DNA from: an uncultured Bacilli bacterium
GTDB taxonomy: Bacteria > Bacillota_I > Bacilli_A > RF39 > UBA660
Reading direction: 5' to 3'
Assembly (NCBI GenBank): GCA_947628435.1
Contig: CANQZW010000003.1
Location: forward strand, 4,016 to 68,015
Length of the DNA: 64,000 bases
Position numbers and translations under genes: made by a program. Within the stretch, counting starts at the first letter, position 1. Every line of letters begins with the position of its first letter. The notes beneath the pieces are model-generated. The model saw only the letters and a program-made list of their open reading frames with translations, searched no databases and was not told where the DNA came from. Shown one piece after another: positions 60,089 to 64,000 of the stretch.

Positions 60089-60643
60089 TTATTTTTCAGA
60101 TTCAATTTTATTGATTATTGATTCTAAAATATTTGTATTTTTATCAACCCTAATTGTTATTATTCCCATGTCTTTAGCAGAATCAATATTTTTTTGATTA
60201 TCATCCAATAATAATAATTCTTCAGGTTTTATTTCTAATTTTTTTAAAATAAACTCATAAAAATCTTTATTAGGTTTTATTTTATGAATTTCAGCAGAGA
60301 TTATTATATCATCCAAATATTCAACTCCGAAACTTTCACCTATATAATTTCTAATAAAAGATACATGATTGGTTGCAATAACTATTTTTTTATCTTTATA
60401 TTTATTTTTTAAATTATAAAATAAGTTTTTATCTCTAATATCGTATATTTTATCTATAATGTCTTCTGTCATACGTATTATTATTGAGTCTTTAGAAATA
60501 ATTTTTCTGGCATTTATTAGATAATCAGAATCATTTATATTTGGTCCAAACATTCTTTCTAACTGTTCTTCCTCTTTTGTTAATACAACATCCCTTTCAG
60601 ACACTAAAACTCCAACTAAATCAAATGCAATAACTTTAATCAT
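60089..60643 (-). CDS. HAD-superfamily hydrolase
   Basis: ATG 60643 follows GGAGGAAG. Motif I IAFDLVGVL (DxxG variant of DxD), motif II ATNH, motif IV LLLDDN. Confidence 0.78.
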   Translation of the reverse strand: MIKVIAFDLVGVLVSERDVVLTKEEEQLERMFGPNINDSDYLINARKIISKDSIIIRMTEDIIDKIYDIRDKNLFYNLKNKYKDKKIVIATNHVSFIRNYIGESFGVEYLDDIIISAEIHKIKPNKDFYEFILKKLEIKPEELLLLDDNQKNIDSAKDMGIITIRVDKNTNILESIINKIESEK

Positions 60644-60762
60644 ATTAGTTCTTCCTCCTAAAGTGCAATCACCATGAACCATTATTTATTATACATTTAA
60701 GAATATAAGATACTTCAAGATATTTAATTTCATATTTATTTTTTATAGGATTTATATATGAA

Positions 60763-62586
60763 TTATAAATACTTATCTATTTTTTCTTTTATTTCTTCTT
60801 CTATGTTTTCTTTAAAAATTGTATCTTTAAAACCATCATCAATATAATATTTTTTTAAATGTTCTTTATCTTTTTTTAACATAACAATTACTGGTGTTTT
60901 AAATTTATTATTTTTATTTAATTCATTTAATGTCTGTAAAGCAGATGTTTCACCTAACTCATCATCTATTATTATTAGATTGTAAAACTCACCATTATTA
61001 GTTCTATCAATACAATCTTTACCTGTCATTGTTATATTTAAATCAATGTTATATTCTCCTAAAATATTTGATATCATAAAGTTTTCTTCCTTATCATCAT
61101 TAACTAATAAAACTCTTTTTCTGCCAAATATATCAGAAGAGTATTTTTCTATGTCTTTCATAAAATCTGATGATTGTTCAATGTCACATTTTTGATCTAA
61201 TACTATCATAAATGTTGTGCCTTCATCTTTTTTGCTTTTGATATTGATACTTCCACCAAGTAACTTTATTACTTTAATAGTTGCTTTTAAGTCCATATCT
61301 AGTTTATTAAGTTTATTTGTCTCATCTAAAGTTAATTCCATATTATCGTCTAATATACTATTTATTTTATCAAGACTCATTCCAACTCCTGAATCTTCTA
61401 TTTTTATAACTAATCTTGCAACATCATACCTTACTATACTACCTATGTTTACGTTTATAAAACCATTTTCAGTATTTTCAATACTGTTTAATAATACTGA
61501 CATTAAAATTTGTTTAAGTTTTACATCATCACCATTAAGTCTTTGTGGAACATTGCTATTTACTTCAAATTTTAATTTTATATTCTTATTTCCAATAGCA
61601 TTTCTAGTCATACTTTCAATCGTTTTAAAGAACATAGTCGTATCATAATATTCTTCTTTTATTTTAATTTTACTTGCATCCATAGATGATATATCTAGTA
61701 CGTTATTTAATTTAAATAGTAAATCATTAGCATTACTTGAAATTAATCTTACCGCATCTTTTTTATCAATATCGTTATCTAATTTATCAAAGTTTTTAGT
61801 AATCCCTAATATATTTTTTGTTGGTGTTTTAATATCTTGTGATATTTCAAATAAAAATCTTGACTTATCTTCCATTTGTCTTTCTACTAGCTCTTTATTT
61901 CTCAATAATTCATTTACTACCTTTAAATCTGGATTTTCTATTGTAAAATACATTAAAAATACAATAAAAGTTTCAATTGCAGTGGTTAAAAGCAATCCAA
62001 GTTTAACACTTTGTACATAGCCACCAACACCTGCTAGTAATATAAATAATATAATTGGAGTATATTTTTTTGTTTTTACATGCTTATAATTTTTTACTAA
62101 AACTACTATCCATATAAACATCGAAACAACAAAAACCATTCTTAAAAAATCGACAGATTTGCCATAAGAATACATAGAAATACCATCATCAAAAAATTTT
62201 ATTGGTAATTTACATACTATCACTGAAGTAATTATAAATAATACTAAACAAATTTTTTTTACTTTGTTTAAATAAGAATCTATTTTTTTTATCGCAAGAT
62301 TATTTTTAGATACCAAAAACACATAATAAGAATACATAAATATAAATCCAAGATAATAAATAAGTAACCCTTTCGTAAGAATATAATGACGTAAAGGGAT
62401 TTTAGTTTCAATCATAGTGGCAGAAAACATACAAGAAATTTCAATAATTAAACCAATGAAGTTTGCAAAAAGTAATTTCTCATATATTTGATTTTCTTTT
62501 GTTTTTAAACGTTTTTTAGAAAAATACACAATTATTAATAATGTAATATAAATTAAACTAGTAACCTGTAACCATATTATATTCAT
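60763..62586 (-). CDS. hybrid sensor histidine-kinase-like protein (multi-TM sensor, HisKA-like, HATPase_c, receiver) with Gln at the phospho-His position
   Basis: About 6 N-terminal TM. H-box-like SRFLFEISQDIKTPTKNILG (Q250, codon CAA at 61837-61839). N box LLNSIENTENG, G1 EDSGVGM, no clear G2. C-terminal receiver VLLVNDD...LIIIDD. Confidence 0.8.
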   Translation of the reverse strand: MNIIWLQVTSLIYITLLIIVYFSKKRLKTKENQIYEKLLFANFIGLIIEISCMFSATMIETKIPLRHYILTKGLLIYYLGFIFMYSYYVFLVSKNNLAIKKIDSYLNKVKKICLVLFIITSVIVCKLPIKFFDDGISMYSYGKSVDFLRMVFVVSMFIWIVVLVKNYKHVKTKKYTPIILFILLAGVGGYVQSVKLGLLLTTAIETFIVFLMYFTIENPDLKVVNELLRNKELVERQMEDKSRFLFEISQDIKTPTKNILGITKNFDKLDNDIDKKDAVRLISSNANDLLFKLNNVLDISSMDASKIKIKEEYYDTTMFFKTIESMTRNAIGNKNIKLKFEVNSNVPQRLNGDDVKLKQILMSVLLNSIENTENGFINVNIGSIVRYDVARLVIKIEDSGVGMSLDKINSILDDNMELTLDETNKLNKLDMDLKATIKVIKLLGGSINIKSKKDEGTTFMIVLDQKCDIEQSSDFMKDIEKYSSDIFGRKRVLLVNDDKEENFMISNILGEYNIDLNITMTGKDCIDRTNNGEFYNLIIIDDELGETSALQTLNELNKNNKFKTPVIVMLKKDKEHLKKYYIDDGFKDTIFKENIEEEIKEKIDKYL

Positions 62587-62658
62587 ACTAACTCCCCTTT
62601 ACAACACATTATATTAATAAAATTATTTTTAAAATAAATTATTATGAATTAGTCTTTC

Positions 62659-64000
62659 TTATTTTTTAAATATATGTTTTGTATTTAATTTATCTGTTTT
62701 TTTTACGGCTTCAAATTCATCATCAATATACATTTGTTCTAACTTTTTAATATCAGGCTTTTTTGTTGAAGTAAGTGGAATACTGTCAACAAATTTTATT
62801 TCTTTAGGAACCATATATTCAGGAACTACCGTATTTAAATATTTTTTAATTTCATCTTGTGTTTTTACTGTATTAGCAATTCCAGTTTTTAATTTGATAA
62901 TACCTATTGGTCTATTAATTATCTGATTATCTGGAATAGTAATAAGTTCACCTTCTTCAATAATATCCATATTTTCCATTGCAATTTTAACTCTTGCAGG
63001 ACTAATTTTAGTAGGATTATTTTGAGAGTCTTTTGTAAGTACTAATCTTTTTACTCTATCATCGAAAAACATTTCACCTTTATCGTTAAGCCAAATATAA
63101 TCACCAGTGTTATACCATGTTGCACCATTTTCATCTTTTACTAAAGCTTCTTTAGTTGATTTTTCATCATTATAATACTCTTTCATTAAAGTAGGACTAT
63201 AAATGTATGCAATGCCTGATTGATTAGGCCCAACTTCCTTTTTTGTTTCTGGATCAACTATTTTAATAAAATTACCTACGCAAGGCTTACCAACCGATCC
63301 TAAACTTGGGTTTTCATAATAGCAATAGGCTAATGAACCTAATCCTTCGTTTGCACCATAACCTTGAACTAACTGCGTATTACCACCATTTTTTCTAATG
63401 AATTCATCAGCGGCAAATTTAACTTCATTTTTTAAAGGTTCAGCACCAGTTAATACTATTTTCCATTTAGAACAATCAGTTTTCCTTTTTGCTTTTTCAA
63501 TTGAATCCTTTATATAAGGTGGAGATGTCAACCAATGATTAAATTTATATTGTTCATTTCTTTTAACCATATCTTTAGGATCAAACAATGGATCTAAACC
63601 TAAAGTAACACCAAGACATAAAGGTTCATGAACCATATTAAGAAGTGAGTAAAAAATCCATAAAGGCGTCATATTAAACATTACATCGCCCTTTTCAAAT
63701 CGATCTTGTTCAGTCATACCCATAATTTGAACCATTGAATCCATAGCATCCCATGTTGCAACACATGCCTTTGCATGACCTGTCGTGCCTGATGTATATG
63801 CAACAGCAGCAATATGATCCTTTTCATAACTACAAGCTGGTAATTCAAAATTACTTTTCCTTCCCAATTCTAGTAGTTGTTCATAATTTAAGATATTAAT
63901 ATTATCATATTTTTTCTTATCTAATCCTTTTAATTTCTCTATAAATTTATATTTCGCCTTATCAACGTTCATTCCCTTAGGAAGTGCATCAGTAAGCGAT
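62659..64000 (-). CDS. AMP-binding (adenylate-forming, acyl-CoA synthetase-like) enzyme, 5' end beyond window
   Basis: YTSGTTGHAKA (A3), GYGANE (A5), YNTGDY...DKGEMFFDDRVKRLV (A7/A8), C-terminal K. The frame stays open upstream of Met 63972 to the window edge, and the AMP motif lies only about 60 aa in, so the N-terminus is missing. Confidence 0.85.
   Translation of the reverse strand, partial: SLTDALPKGMNVDKAKYKFIEKLKGLDKKKYDNINILNYEQLLELGRKSNFELPACSYEKDHIAAVAYTSGTTGHAKACVATWDAMDSMVQIMGMTEQDRFEKGDVMFNMTPLWIFYSLLNMVHEPLCLGVTLGLDPLFDPKDMVKRNEQYKFNHWLTSPPYIKDSIEKAKRKTDCSKWKIVLTGAEPLKNEVKFAADEFIRKNGGNTQLVQGYGANEGLGSLAYCYYENPSLGSVGKPCVGNFIKIVDPETKKEVGPNQSGIAYIYSPTLMKEYYNDEKSTKEALVKDENGATWYNTGDYIWLNDKGEMFFDDRVKRLVLTKDSQNNPTKISPARVKIAMENMDIIEEGELITIPDNQIINRPIGIIKLKTGIANTVKTQDEIKKYLNTVVPEYMVPKEIKFVDSIPLTSTKKPDIKKLEQMYIDDEFEAVKKTDKLNTKHIFKK

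Overview
This is a very AT-rich chromosomal segment (by eye about 25-30% G+C) from a low-GC Gram-positive (Bacillota) bacterium. It uses the standard genetic code and is densely packed with about 65 CDS. The backbone is housekeeping and follows Bacillus-subtilis-like local gene order: T-box-valS, proS, dnaG-sigA-trmK-yqfQ-like; mutS; nusB ... xseA-xseB ... spoIVB; spoIIM; xerD; rarA-tcdA-[6S-like RNA]-aspS-hisS (T-box); dtd-relA-secDF, a spoVB-like gene; psd-pssA, lysS; tgt-queA-ruvB-ruvA. Several lineage-specific pieces are inserted into this backbone. They include a compact type IV pilus / competence-pseudopilus-like module: a platform protein with a ~210-aa N-terminal extension, a prepilin peptidase, an oppositely oriented ATPase and two prepilin-type genes, plus pilin-like ORFs at the left edge. 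Other inserts are a methyltransferase with a WG-repeat protein, and a small decayed islet (HTH protein, 350 bp non-coding, stand-alone ATPase, GNAT fragment). There is also a cadherin-like surface protein, a LemA-DUF2207 pair, and two paralogous Asn-rich membrane-anchored proteins, one carrying 120-bp tandem repeats. At the right edge sits a hybrid histidine-kinase-like protein whose phospho-accepting His is Gln, next to an adenylate-forming enzyme. I recognised no rRNA, tRNA, CRISPR array, transposase or prophage genes, and no clear multi-gene defence or mobile system. The most noteworthy items are the atypical pilus platform protein, the Cys-bracketed paralog family, the His-less kinase, the 6S-like RNA, and a reduced hisS-aspS T-box with no visible terminator. 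All calls come from reading the supplied translations, motifs and hand-folded hairpins; no database search or folding program was run.
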